From the NCBI GenBank assembly GCA_964559575.1, contig CAZLGQ010000001.1, forward strand, positions 7,067 to 71,066: a DNA stretch of 64,000 bases. Reading direction: 5' to 3'. Position numbers and translations under genes: made by a program. This stretch comes from an uncultured Candidatus Saccharibacteria bacterium (GTDB lineage: Bacteria; Patescibacteriota; Minisyncoccia; Phycocordibacterales; CSBR16-193). Below are positions 9,976 to 19,678 of this stretch, in pieces (the first letter of the stretch is position 1; the number at the start of each line of letters is the position of its first letter). The notes under the pieces are model-generated. The model ran no database searches, had not been told where the DNA came from, and saw only the letters and a list, made by a program, of their open reading frames with translations.

Positions 9976-10022
9976 ATGACCCTAAATCATATCAGTAAGA
10001 TATAATTATGCAATATTTTTAA

Positions 10023-10220
10023 TTAAATATTTCCTAATAATATTAAAACAATAATAACTATAACTGTAACCCAGATCAAAAATCCTAGACCAAATCCAAA
10101 TCCCAATTTAACAGACTCCCATACACCGAATTTCATTTTCAATTTGATATTTCTTGTGGTATTTTTTTCTTCCATATAAATTTTATATAAATTATTTCCA
10201 AAAATCTTTCCTTTTTTCAA
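10023..10220 (-). CDS. Small hydrophobic protein (possible single-pass membrane peptide)
   Basis: 65-aa ORF with C-terminal TM stretch GFLIWVTVIVIIVLILL. It overlaps the 3' end of the Nudix gene by 29 nt. Support is weak. Confidence 0.25.
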   Translation of the reverse strand: MKKGKIFGNNLYKIYMEEKNTTRNIKLKMKFGVWESVKLGFGFGLGFLIWVTVIVIIVLILLGNI

Positions 10221-10608
10221 CTATTGAAGTAACATTTAAGATCAAATTATCCGGAAGAAATCTTACGTTTATAAGATCTCTAAATAACACCCAAGAAAAA
10301 CGAATATGGTCTTCTTTACTTTTTACGATACTGTCTTTTATCTTAACTAAATAAACATCCAGGGTTTCATCTATTAATCTGTTTGTATTTTTGAACTGAT
10401 TATAAAAAGAATCAATATATTCAGTGGAAATAACGGTACTTCCTGACTCTTCTAAAAACTCTCTTTTTAAAGCTTCTTCGGAAGATTCATTCTCTTTAAC
10501 ATGCCCTCCGGGTAGAAAAAAATAACTTCCCGCTATATTTTCACATAATAGTATCTTTTCTTTTTGATAAACTATACCTCTGGCTATGTGTTCTTTAAAT
10601 CTTTTCAT
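10192..10608 (-). CDS. Nudix hydrolase
   Basis: Nudix box GGHVKENESSEEALKREFLEESG matches Gx5Ex7REUxEExGU. Confidence 0.7.
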   Translation of the reverse strand: MKRFKEHIARGIVYQKEKILLCENIAGSYFFLPGGHVKENESSEEALKREFLEESGSTVISTEYIDSFYNQFKNTNRLIDETLDVYLVKIKDSIVKSKEDHIRFSWVLFRDLINVRFLPDNLILNVTSIVEKRKDFWK

Positions 10609-10698
10609 TTAAAAAATAAGATCACAAATGAATTAACTGTTAAATTTTAACATTATTTTTAAAAAATTCTCAACTTAATAATATTATGCTATTGTAAT

Positions 10699-11955
10699 AT
10701 GGTTATGTCAAACAAAAATTACGACGTTATTGTGATTGGGGGTGGTCCCTCAGGAATGATGGCCGCAGGTAGAACCGCTGAGAGAGGTTTTAGAGTTTTA
10801 CTTTTAGAAAAAAACAAGAATTTAGGAAAAAAACTTTCATTAACCGGAGGTGGTAGATGTAACATATTAAATGCTGAAGAAAATGAAAAAGAATTAATTG
10901 AAAAATATGGAAAAAGTAAAAAATTTCTTCACTCTACTTTTTCTCAGTTTGGAATGAAAGATACTTGTAATTTTTTTGAAGAAAAAGGACTTCCGCTCGT
11001 AACAGAGGCAAGAAAAAGAGTGTTTCCAAAATCACAAAAATCATTGGATGTTATAAAAACAATGGAAGAATATATGGCCGAAAACGGAGTTGAGGTTAAA
11101 AGAGGACTGAATGTTAAAGGTTTTGAAATTAAAAAATGTCACATTGTTGGAGTTAAAACAGACTTTGGGCTTTATTATGCAAACAAGTTCATACTTTCTA
11201 CAGGTGGACTATCATATCCTAAAACCGGATCAACAGGAGAAGGTTTAAAATGGTTAAGAGATATAGGTCACACAATAAACTCACCGGAACCAAGTTTAGT
11301 ACCATTAACTGTTAAGGAGTCTTGGGTTAAAGAACTTTCCGGAGTTACTCTATCTTTTGCAAAAATAACTTTTGGGATCAATAAAACCAAAAAGGAAGGA
11401 AAGTTTAGTAAAACCGGAAAGATCCTATTCACTCACTTTGGATTATCGGGCCCTTTGATCCTAAATGCTTCAAGAGAAGTTAAAGAACTTTTAAAAAAAG
11501 GACTTGTAAAAACAGAAATAGATATGTATCCGGATACCGACATTAATGAAATCAGAAAAAATCTTCTTAATCTTTTTAACAGAAATAAAAATAAAAGTTT
11601 GAAAAATATTATAAAAGAAGTTACCCCTGAAGGTATGAGTGAAAATGTGGTTAAATTGGTCTCTTCTTCTCTTTTAGAAACCAAAGTTCATAATATAAGT
11701 AAAGAAAAAAGAGAAAACATCGCTGACATAATGAAAAGAATGCCTTTAACAGTTACCGGAACCATGGGGATGGATAGAGCAATAGCTTCTAACGGAGGTC
11801 TTGATCTTTCAGAAGTAGATACAAAAACAATGTCTTCAAAAATATATAAAAATCTTTATATCACAGGAGATATAATTGATATTGAAAGACCAAGTGGCGG
11901 TTTTTCATTACAGTGGTGTTGGACTAGTGGTTGGGTAGCCGGATCTAACACTTAA
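10699..11955 (+). CDS. NAD(P)/FAD-dependent oxidoreductase, HI0933/BaiN-like flavoprotein
   Basis: N-terminal Rossmann motif YDVIVIGGGPSGMMAAGRTAERG and GGGRCN. The 418-aa length is typical of the HI0933 family. Confidence 0.7.
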   Translation: MVMSNKNYDVIVIGGGPSGMMAAGRTAERGFRVLLLEKNKNLGKKLSLTGGGRCNILNAEENEKELIEKYGKSKKFLHSTFSQFGMKDTCNFFEEKGLPLVTEARKRVFPKSQKSLDVIKTMEEYMAENGVEVKRGLNVKGFEIKKCHIVGVKTDFGLYYANKFILSTGGLSYPKTGSTGEGLKWLRDIGHTINSPEPSLVPLTVKESWVKELSGVTLSFAKITFGINKTKKEGKFSKTGKILFTHFGLSGPLILNASREVKELLKKGLVKTEIDMYPDTDINEIRKNLLNLFNRNKNKSLKNIIKEVTPEGMSENVVKLVSSSLLETKVHNISKEKRENIADIMKRMPLTVTGTMGMDRAIASNGGLDLSEVDTKTMSSKIYKNLYITGDIIDIERPSGGFSLQWCWTSGWVAGSNT

Positions 11956-11984
11956 TTTATTAATAAAATATGTTAACATTAATT

Positions 11985-12140
11985 TAAAATAGCGTTCTGT
12001 ACAGTGAAGAGAGGTGAAAATCCTCCGCTATCGCGTAACGGTTAAAGTCCGACCCTGTGCAAAAAAAAACGCAAAACAAGGCTCGCGTAAAGCCATAAAT
12101 CTTTTTGATATTTGGCTTTTTAAAAGCCAAAATTTTATTA
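11985..12140 (+). ncRNA. Candidate cobalamin-riboswitch-like 5' leader of nrdDG, followed by an attenuator-like hairpin
   Basis: A GC-enriched leader in an AT-rich genome contains GGTGAAAATCC (the cobalamin-riboswitch GGTGnnAAnTCC core) preceded by GAAGAGA. An AAGTCCGACCCTGTGC segment resembles the B12 box (rAGYCMG...CC.GC). The hairpin TTGGCTTTTTAAAAGCCAA followed by a T-run at 12111..12140 lies just before the nrdD start. Confidence 0.35.
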
Positions 12141-12157
12141 TTAAATCAAGAAAACTT

Positions 12158-14242
12158 ATGTACTCAAAAATAAAAAAAAGAAACGGAAATGTAGTAACTT
12201 TTAATGAAGAAAAAATAACTCAAGCAATTATAAAAGCCGGAAAGGTCACTGAAGAATTCGGTCCAAAAGAGGCACATAAGTTAACAAAAAAAGTTATTGA
12301 AGTTTCAAAAGAAAAAATTAAAAATAAAATTCCAAAAGTAGAAGAGATTCAGGATGTTGTAGAGGATGTTCTTCTTAATTCAAAGTTTAAAAAAACAGCA
12401 AAAGCATATATTTTATATAGAGATCAACACAGACTCTTAAGGAATATAACAGACACTACTAATAATGGATTAGTAGATAACTATTTAGCCAAAGCCGATT
12501 GGAAAATAAAAGAAAATAGTAATATGTCCTATTCTCTTCAGGGGTTAAATAACTATATATCAAGTGAAATAAGTAAAAACTATTGGTTGGGTAAAATATA
12601 CCCTGAAAATATAAGAGAAGCCCATACAAATGGAGCTTTTCATATACATGATCTATCTATTCTTTCTGTCTACTGTGTTGGTTGGGATCTTTTAGATCTT
12701 TTAATAAATGGGTTTACGGGAGTAGAAGGAAAAGTCTCTAGCAAACCCCCTAAACATTTCAGATCAGCCTTGGGGCAAGTTACTAATTTTTTTTACACTC
12801 TCCAAGGAGAAGCTGCCGGAGCTCAAGCTTTTAGTAATTTTGATACACTCCTCGCTCCTTTTATTAGATATGATGGATTAGGTTACAAAGAAGTAAAACA
12901 AGCTATTCAAGAGTTTATTTTTAATGTAAATATACCTACACGAGTAGGATTTCAAACTCCTTTTACTAACGTAACTCTTGATTTATCGGTTCCTAAATAC
13001 TATGCAAATCAATCAATTGTAATCGGAGGTAAACCTCAAAAAGAAAAATATAAAGATTTTCAAGAAGAGATAAATATTTTTAATAAAGCATTATTAGAAG
13101 TAATGTCCGAAGGAGATGCAAATGGAAGAGTTTTTACATTTCCTATACCAACTTATAACATAACAGAAAATTTTAATTGGGATAATGAAATAAGTAAGCT
13201 TCTTTGGAAAGTAACTTCTAAATATGGACTTCCATACTTTTCAAACTTTATAAATTCCGATATGAATCCTGAAGATGCTCGTTCTATGTGTTGTCGTTTA
13301 AGGATAGATAACAGAGAACTGGAAAATAGAGGCGGAGGTCTCTTTGGTGCAAATCCTCTAACCGGTTCTATTGGTGTCGTTACTATAAATCTTCCTCGTA
13401 TAGGTTATATTTCAAAAAATAAGGAAGAATTTTTAGATAATCTTGATAATTTAATGTCAACAGCAAAAGACAGTTTGGAAATAAAAAGAAAGATTTTAGA
13501 AAGATTTACTGAAAATAATTTATACCCCTATACTAAATTTTATTTAAATAAAATAAAAGAACAGTATGGCAGTTACTGGAAAAATCATTTTTCAACTATA
13601 GGTATAGCCGGTATGAATGAAGCCGTGCAAAATCTATATGGTAAAAATATAGGAACATCTGAAGGACAGGAGTTTTCTAAAGAAGTTTTAGACTTTATGA
13701 GAAATGTGCTTGAAAAATTTCAAAAAGAAACGGGAAATAATTATAATCTAGAAGCCACCCCGGCAGAAGGAACACTTTTTAGGTTGGCTATTCTTGATAA
13801 AGAAAAATATCAAAATCCTGTATTTGCAAATGGTAAAGGTAAAGATGTAAAAACTCCTTTTTACACAAATTCAACTCATTTACCTGTTAACTTTACTGAC
13901 GATATTTTCGAAATGCTTGATCTTCAAGATGAACTCCAAACTAAATATACTGGAGGAACAGTTGCACATCTTTTTTTTGGTGAAAAGATAGAAGATGAAA
14001 ATTCAGTAAAAAATTTAATAAAAAAAATCTGTAAAGAATATCGTTTACCCTATTTTACAGTAAGCCCAACTTTTAGTGTTTGTCCTGAACATGGATATAT
14101 TTCCGGTGAAGTATATACTTGCGAAAAATGTAAAAATGAATGCGAAGTTTATTCAAGAATAGTTGGATACCTTAGACCTATAAATCAATGGAACGATGGA
14201 AAGAAATCAGAATTTGAAATAAGAAAAAACTATAAAAAATGA
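12158..14242 (+). CDS. nrdD: Anaerobic ribonucleoside-triphosphate reductase (class III RNR)
   Basis: N-terminal ATP-cone (KIKKRNGNVVTFNEEKITQAIIKAG), C-terminal Zn site (CPEHGYISGEVYTCEKCKNEC) and glycyl-radical motif RIVGYLRP. Start moved to the internal ATG at 12158, since the 48 upstream codons of the track ORF cover the structured leader. Confidence 0.85.
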   Translation: MYSKIKKRNGNVVTFNEEKITQAIIKAGKVTEEFGPKEAHKLTKKVIEVSKEKIKNKIPKVEEIQDVVEDVLLNSKFKKTAKAYILYRDQHRLLRNITDTTNNGLVDNYLAKADWKIKENSNMSYSLQGLNNYISSEISKNYWLGKIYPENIREAHTNGAFHIHDLSILSVYCVGWDLLDLLINGFTGVEGKVSSKPPKHFRSALGQVTNFFYTLQGEAAGAQAFSNFDTLLAPFIRYDGLGYKEVKQAIQEFIFNVNIPTRVGFQTPFTNVTLDLSVPKYYANQSIVIGGKPQKEKYKDFQEEINIFNKALLEVMSEGDANGRVFTFPIPTYNITENFNWDNEISKLLWKVTSKYGLPYFSNFINSDMNPEDARSMCCRLRIDNRELENRGGGLFGANPLTGSIGVVTINLPRIGYISKNKEEFLDNLDNLMSTAKDSLEIKRKILERFTENNLYPYTKFYLNKIKEQYGSYWKNHFSTIGIAGMNEAVQNLYGKNIGTSEGQEFSKEVLDFMRNVLEKFQKETGNNYNLEATPAEGTLFRLAILDKEKYQNPVFANGKGKDVKTPFYTNSTHLPVNFTDDIFEMLDLQDELQTKYTGGTVAHLFFGEKIEDENSVKNLIKKICKEYRLPYFTVSPTFSVCPEHGYISGEVYTCEKCKNECEVYSRIVGYLRPINQWNDGKKSEFEIRKNYKK

Positions 14243-14925
14243 AAATAGGAGGATTACATAAATTTTCCTTAATTAACTATCCTGAAAAAACTTCTGCCGT
14301 TATATTTACCATAGGATGTAATTTTCGTTGCAGTTACTGTCATAATTTGAAACTTGTATTTCCTAATAAATATTCTGAAGAAATTTCAATTGAAGAAATA
14401 TTAAACTTTTTAAAAAGTAGACAGAATAAACTGGATGCCGTTGTTATTAGTGGAGGAGAGCCTACAGAACATTCAGATCTGTTAAATTTCATTTCTGATA
14501 TCAAAGAATTGGGTTTTTTAATTAAGCTTGATACCAACGGAAGTAATCCAAATGTCTTACAAGAGATCATAAAAAATAACTTGATCAACTATATAGCAAT
14601 GGATATAAAAGCCCCTATTAAAAAACATCAAAAAGTAACAAGAAGTTTAATAGATTTTAAAAAAATAAAAGAAAGTATAAATATAATAATGAGATCTGAA
14701 ATAGAATACGAATTTAGAACTACAGTGGTAAAAGAATTAATTAATAGTGAGGATCTTATTTATTTAGCAAAAATGATATACGGAGCTGAAAAATACTTTT
14801 TACAAACTTTCAATTTTTCAAAATCAGATTTAGGATCCTTAAATTTTTCCTCTTATTCTAAAGAGGAAATGGAAAAAATGGCTAAAAATTTAAGGAAATA
14901 TGTTAAAGAATGTAAAGTTAGGTAA
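14239..14925 (+). CDS. nrdG: Anaerobic ribonucleoside-triphosphate reductase activating protein (radical SAM)
   Basis: CNFRCSYCHN radical-SAM CxxxCxxC motif. Overlaps the nrdD stop by 4 nt. Confidence 0.8.
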   Translation: MKIGGLHKFSLINYPEKTSAVIFTIGCNFRCSYCHNLKLVFPNKYSEEISIEEILNFLKSRQNKLDAVVISGGEPTEHSDLLNFISDIKELGFLIKLDTNGSNPNVLQEIIKNNLINYIAMDIKAPIKKHQKVTRSLIDFKKIKESINIIMRSEIEYEFRTTVVKELINSEDLIYLAKMIYGAEKYFLQTFNFSKSDLGSLNFSSYSKEEMEKMAKNLRKYVKECKVR

Positions 14926-15997
14926 TACCCACTTTCTTTTTTATTGAATTTAAAAAATGTTTATTCTTAAAATATCTTTGTAAAAGATATAAATAATAAA
15001 ATAAACTTTTACCAATAAGATCAAAAAAGGGATAACTTACATAGTATCCTCCAAATCCTTGTTTGAATTTTGAAAAACCTTGCCAGTCTCCATTTTCTTT
15101 TTTAGTCACAGCTCCAAAATTAGCTTTTGTCATTTTTAATTTTTTTGATCTTTTTATAGCCTCCCAACGTAATAGATAGGAAGATCTTAAGTTTCTACCC
15201 TCTTCTAGAACACCAGAAAAAAGAAAAGAGGCCGTTTTTTCAGATAACAAAACAAAATTAACTGCCACCGGTTTTCTTTTATAATAAGCTATAGCTAAAA
15301 AAGAACTATTTCTTTTTTCACTTTCTTCAAAAATTTTACAGTAATAACTTTTAGGGTATATGAAAAAATTATTTTTTTCAGCACTTTTTTTAATAATATT
15401 AAAAAAAGTATTGATCTTTTTAGTTGGTTTTTCAAATATTCTTATCTTTATATCATTTTTTTCAGCCTTCCTTATATTATATCTTGTTTTTGGATGCATT
15501 TCGGATAAAATCTCATCTTCTGTTTTTTTAATATCAACAAACCAAAGTAACTCGGGTTGAAAATATCCGGCGTGAGAAAAGGCTTTTCGTGGAGAATTAA
15601 AATATTTATGTATAGTATCTATATCTTTTTCAGTTAAACCTTCTTTATTATTAAAAGAAAATTGAGTTCTTGTAAAAATAGCTTTTTCTTCTTTTGTTTT
15701 TTTCTTTAAACAAAGATATAAATTAAGCATTCTATCTTTATTAAGATCACTTAAAAAAACCGGACCGTAAGGAATATAAAGTATCTTTAAACCAAAATTT
15801 ATTTTTAATATAAAAACCTGAAAAAACGCAACTGGTTTTTTATTTTCCATAAAAATAAAATGTCTGACCGGAGAGTTGTTTTTTTCTTGGATTTTGGAGT
15901 ATAAGATCTCTTGAGTAAACAAGGTTTCACTACCCTTATAAAGATCGGAATACTGATCAGCTTTCAACTCTATTAAGTTGTAAGCACTATCCTTCAT
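14918..15997 (-). CDS. FemAB-family-like protein (possible peptidoglycan interpeptide-bridge aminoacyltransferase), tentative
   Basis: 359-aa ORF whose size and sequence feel resemble the FemABX family. No diagnostic motif was confirmed. Confidence 0.3.
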   Translation of the reverse strand: MKDSAYNLIELKADQYSDLYKGSETLFTQEILYSKIQEKNNSPVRHFIFMENKKPVAFFQVFILKINFGLKILYIPYGPVFLSDLNKDRMLNLYLCLKKKTKEEKAIFTRTQFSFNNKEGLTEKDIDTIHKYFNSPRKAFSHAGYFQPELLWFVDIKKTEDEILSEMHPKTRYNIRKAEKNDIKIRIFEKPTKKINTFFNIIKKSAEKNNFFIYPKSYYCKIFEESEKRNSSFLAIAYYKRKPVAVNFVLLSEKTASFLFSGVLEEGRNLRSSYLLRWEAIKRSKKLKMTKANFGAVTKKENGDWQGFSKFKQGFGGYYVSYPFFDLIGKSLFYYLYLLQRYFKNKHFLNSIKKKVGIT

Positions 15998-16004
15998 GAA
16001 AAAA

Positions 16005-16235
16005 TTACTGTTGCATCAACTTTTGTATTTCACTTTGATGTTTACGCATCACCTCCATAGTTGCAGCCATTTCACTTTTTCCTTCTTTTGTTTTTTGCTT
16101 TACTTCATTTCCGATCTTTTCAAATAATTCAGGATTTTTTTCTATAAGATTCATTATCATTTCCTGCTGTTCTTCCGGAACACCTTTCATCTTAGTTTTT
16201 AAATATTTTTTAAGAAAATAATTTTTTATTCCCAT
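16005..16235 (-). CDS. Hypothetical small helical protein
   Basis: 76-aa ORF rich in K, E and M (GVPEEQQEMIMNLIEKNPELFEKIG). No family was recognised. Confidence 0.3.
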   Translation of the reverse strand: MGIKNYFLKKYLKTKMKGVPEEQQEMIMNLIEKNPELFEKIGNEVKQKTKEGKSEMAATMEVMRKHQSEIQKLMQQ

Positions 16236-16349
16236 ATATTTTATATTACTATCAATTATTAAAAAGTATTATAACACAAGATATTGAAAGTTATAGATTT
16301 TTAATAAAAATAATAAGTGTGTTAAAATAGCTTACATAATTTTTTAAAA

Positions 16350-17024
16350 ATGTCACAGTACGAAATAGAAATCAAAGGACTATTAGGTAAAAAGAAAAAC
16401 GTAGATGATATTGTTTCAAAAATGGAAAGTATAGATCCTAATTTTAAAAAGATCTCTCAAAACAAGCAACTCAATCATTATTTTTCAGGAAATAACATTG
16501 TTGATTTATATGAAAATGTAGAGGAGATATTATCAAACGAAGAGGCTCAAGAAATGAGAGATATAATAGAAAAAGGAAAAAACTTTTCAGTTAGAACCAG
16601 AAAGAAAAATGAAGATACCTTTTTAATTATAAAGGCTTCTGTTGATGAAGGAACAAGTGAGAATACTGTTTCCAGACTTGAGTTTGAAAAAAAGATAAAT
16701 TTTTCAATAGATGAAATTGATAATCTAATATTAAAATCCGGTTATAGTTATCAAGCAAAATGGTCAAGAAAGCGTTCTGAATATGTATATAAAGATATGA
16801 ATGTGTGCATAGATAAAAATGCCGGATATGGATATCTTATAGAGTTTGAAAAGATCATTAACGATAAAAAAAATATAGCTAACACTAAATCAAAAATAAG
16901 ATCTTCAATGAAAGAATTGGGAATTGAAGAACTCCCGCAAGATAGATTAGAGAGGATGTTTGATTATTATAATAAAAACTGGCATCAATACTACGGAACC
17001 GAAAGAACTTTTACAGTAAAGTAA
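16350..17024 (+). CDS. CYTH domain protein (CyaB/thiamine-triphosphatase-like)
   Basis: N-terminal ExExK signature MSQYEIEIKGLL typical of the CYTH triphosphate-tunnel fold. Length is 224 aa. Confidence 0.5.
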   Translation: MSQYEIEIKGLLGKKKNVDDIVSKMESIDPNFKKISQNKQLNHYFSGNNIVDLYENVEEILSNEEAQEMRDIIEKGKNFSVRTRKKNEDTFLIIKASVDEGTSENTVSRLEFEKKINFSIDEIDNLILKSGYSYQAKWSRKRSEYVYKDMNVCIDKNAGYGYLIEFEKIINDKKNIANTKSKIRSSMKELGIEELPQDRLERMFDYYNKNWHQYYGTERTFTVK

Positions 17025-17028
17025 ATTT

Positions 17029-17871
17029 TTAAACAGGAAACTGTTTAGTTAAAGTCAGTGCTCCATAAATACCACCAATAGCTCCCAGCTCAGCCTTTTT
17101 AATTTCTGGAGTAAATGGAAGTATTTCCGTCATCCTTTCTACATGATAACGTATTCTGTCTATAGGTATAGCTGGATCGCCTACCACCATAGAACCTCCA
17201 ATAACAACCGTATCTGGAGACCAAAATAAAATAGTATTATATATACCAATAGCACTTTCAAATGCCAGTCTTTCCCATGTATCAGGATCGTCTATTTCTA
17301 TTGGATCTAAACCGGTAGCTTTACTTAAAGCAGTACCGGATACATGACCTTCAAAAGTGGAGTTATAAAATGAATTATTTTCTTTAATAAAACTTTTATC
17401 AATTACATGATGTCCGGGTTCAAATCCTACGGTAGCTTTATCTATATACCCATCAACTATTCTAACTCCCCCTACTCCCGTACTTATTGTTATATAAACA
17501 CATATATTACTTCCCTTTCCTGCTCCATGATGAGCTTCTCCTAAACCAACCACATCAGCATCATTTTCAAATTTAAAAGGTGCGGAAAATTTTTCACTAA
17601 AAAAATCTGCAATAGGCTTATTAACCCATCCTTCCATATTAGGAGAATAGACTAACTGATCACGTTCTTTGTTCCAAACCCCAGTAATTCCTCCCCAAAA
17701 ACCCTCAATTTCTCCATCACCAGCTATTTCTTTTACTGTATCAGAGAAAACATTAACACCCTCTTCTGCGGTTTTAGGTGTTTTATTTATTATTGGTTTT
17801 GAAAAGTTCTCTCCATCAAAAGTCGCGCTGATACGCATTTTACTTCCACCTATATCAAATAAAAATTTCAT
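17029..17871 (-). CDS. ROK-family sugar kinase (putative glucokinase)
   Basis: N-terminal FDIGGSKMRISA (ASKHA fold), ISTGVGGVRIVDG and GHHVI ROK-like segments, and a C-terminal GAIGGIYGA. Confidence 0.5.
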   Translation of the reverse strand: MKFLFDIGGSKMRISATFDGENFSKPIINKTPKTAEEGVNVFSDTVKEIAGDGEIEGFWGGITGVWNKERDQLVYSPNMEGWVNKPIADFFSEKFSAPFKFENDADVVGLGEAHHGAGKGSNICVYITISTGVGGVRIVDGYIDKATVGFEPGHHVIDKSFIKENNSFYNSTFEGHVSGTALSKATGLDPIEIDDPDTWERLAFESAIGIYNTILFWSPDTVVIGGSMVVGDPAIPIDRIRYHVERMTEILPFTPEIKKAELGAIGGIYGALTLTKQFPV

Positions 17872-17874
17872 GAT

Positions 17875-18846
17875 CTATTTTATTATTTTTTTAAATTTTT
17901 CAACCACAGGAACATTGTCACAATCGGTTTCATAATGTGATACAGCCAATTCAAAAGCTAGCCAATCTACAGTAAGTAAACTTCTAAATATTTTTTCAGT
18001 TTTATTTTCTCCTTCCAATTCAAAAAGCAAAGTTTTAATACCACGTTCTTCATATATATTTTTAGTGGTTTCCATACGTTTTCTTATTCTGGGATTATCA
18101 TCAATATCCATAAGAAAAATTACAATCATAAAAGAACTTAAACTTTTAGTACTTTCTATTACACCAAACCCTTCCATTTCATTATGATTTAACTCAGGGA
18201 AAACATTATAAAAAGCCGGGATCTTGGTGGTTTCATTAAATTTGATCTTCCAATTATAAGGTATGACTTTATTAGACAAAGATGAATAAATAATTGGAAC
18301 ATAATTTACAAGATCTTTTACTGTTTCTTGTATCTTTAAACGTTCTTTTTTAGGGTCTAATTTAAAAGACATTTCTTTTAGATCTTCAACAGATACAGCA
18401 TCTCCTAAAATAGTAGCCAAAGAAAGAGTAAGATATCCTATTGCATTTCTTGGTTGTATACCGGTATCAGGAATTTGAATCATAGGACTTTCTGTTTCTT
18501 CAGCCAAATCCTTTAACTTACCTCCCGTTGTTATAACGGCTGTATTTAAACCTCTTTCTTTTATAGTTTTAAATGAATCAATAGTTTCTTCAGTATTTCC
18601 TGAATAAGAAACAAAAACAAACAAAGTTCTTTCTTTAGAAGACGTAAAAACTTCAGGTATACCGTAACCTCTATGTATAAAAATTGGTAATGATGGATTA
18701 ATAGCTTTTAAAACCCCTCCACAAAAATGAGATCCCCCCATTCCAACCAAAACGATTTTTTCATAGTTGGTACACAAATTTTCTTTTTTTATTATTTTCG
18801 GTTCAAAATTAAATTGATCCGGCAAACCAAGAATTGAATCCTCCAT
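17875..18846 (-). CDS. Bifunctional phosphoglucose/phosphomannose isomerase-like SIS-domain protein
   Basis: SIS motif VLVGMGGSHFCGGVLKAI. The roughly 320-aa size is typical of archaeal/bacterial PGI/PMI. Confidence 0.5.
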   Translation of the reverse strand: MEDSILGLPDQFNFEPKIIKKENLCTNYEKIVLVGMGGSHFCGGVLKAINPSLPIFIHRGYGIPEVFTSSKERTLFVFVSYSGNTEETIDSFKTIKERGLNTAVITTGGKLKDLAEETESPMIQIPDTGIQPRNAIGYLTLSLATILGDAVSVEDLKEMSFKLDPKKERLKIQETVKDLVNYVPIIYSSLSNKVIPYNWKIKFNETTKIPAFYNVFPELNHNEMEGFGVIESTKSLSSFMIVIFLMDIDDNPRIRKRMETTKNIYEERGIKTLLFELEGENKTEKIFRSLLTVDWLAFELAVSHYETDCDNVPVVEKFKKIIK

Positions 18847-18931
18847 TTTTTAAAAATTAATTTAATATAAATTCATTATAACTTAAAAATTATTTTTTCC
18901 TGTGTACATCTAATGTTTTAAATTTAAATAA

Positions 18932-19657
18932 TTATGAATGTTTTTTTATAAAAGGTGCAAAATATATAACATGCTCTAAAACTGACTTAACAGAAGCACG
19001 TTGATCGTTATTCATTTTTTTAATTAACGGAAGATAATGTATAAAGTCCTTAACCTTAGGATCACTGGTTATACCTAACCCTTCTTTAGATTTATACTCA
19101 TAAATTTCTTTTTCCAAACTATCTAAAAATATTTGAGATCTTGATCTATCGGATTCTTCTATTATCTCTTTTAACATATTATTTCTATCAGGTATATTTG
19201 AAGATAAAAACTCACTAATAGAAATATCGCAATCCGCATCACTATTTAAAATGGAGATAAAAAATCTGGAGATCAAAGTTGGAAGTAGGATCTTTTGAGA
19301 TGGAATAACTATAATAAAATTAGTGTTTGGAGGATTGTTTTCAAATATTTTAAGTAAAGCATTTTGAGACTCTATGGTTATCATATAAGATTCCAATATA
19401 AAGATCTTTTGATTTTCTTTAACCGAATTAACACTTGCCCAATCTCGTAAAAAAAGAGCATCTTTTATTTCAAAAGAACTTTTGGAATAATGTAGAAAAT
19501 CAGGATTTCCATCAAAAGAAACTTTCCATGTTTTTTTTATAACCTCACGTATAGTCTCTGCTTCTTTTTTGGGGTTCTCAGTTACAAAACAGTAAGCATG
19601 ATGATCTCTGTTATTTAAAACATTTTCAATACTTTCTTTTTTAATTGAAAGACTCAT
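18932..19657 (-). CDS. DNA polymerase III delta'-like clamp-loader subunit (P-loop absent)
   Basis: KIFILESYMITIESQNALLKIFENNPPNTNFIIVIPSQKILLPTLISR aligns with the delta' sensor region (NALLKTLEEPP...TI.SR). No Walker A motif is present. Confidence 0.45.
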   Translation of the reverse strand: MSLSIKKESIENVLNNRDHHAYCFVTENPKKEAETIREVIKKTWKVSFDGNPDFLHYSKSSFEIKDALFLRDWASVNSVKENQKIFILESYMITIESQNALLKIFENNPPNTNFIIVIPSQKILLPTLISRFFISILNSDADCDISISEFLSSNIPDRNNMLKEIIEESDRSRSQIFLDSLEKEIYEYKSKEGLGITSDPKVKDFIHYLPLIKKMNNDQRASVKSVLEHVIYFAPFIKKHS

Positions 19658-19678
19658 TTCAATAACAAGTTTGAAATA

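Noticed and set aside
11996-12012. NrdR-box-type operator in the nrdD leader (palindrome CTGTACAG)
   Set aside because: A single 8-bp palindrome does not match the paired 16-bp NrdR box consensus (acaCwAtATaTwGtgt). No NrdR gene is evident in the window.
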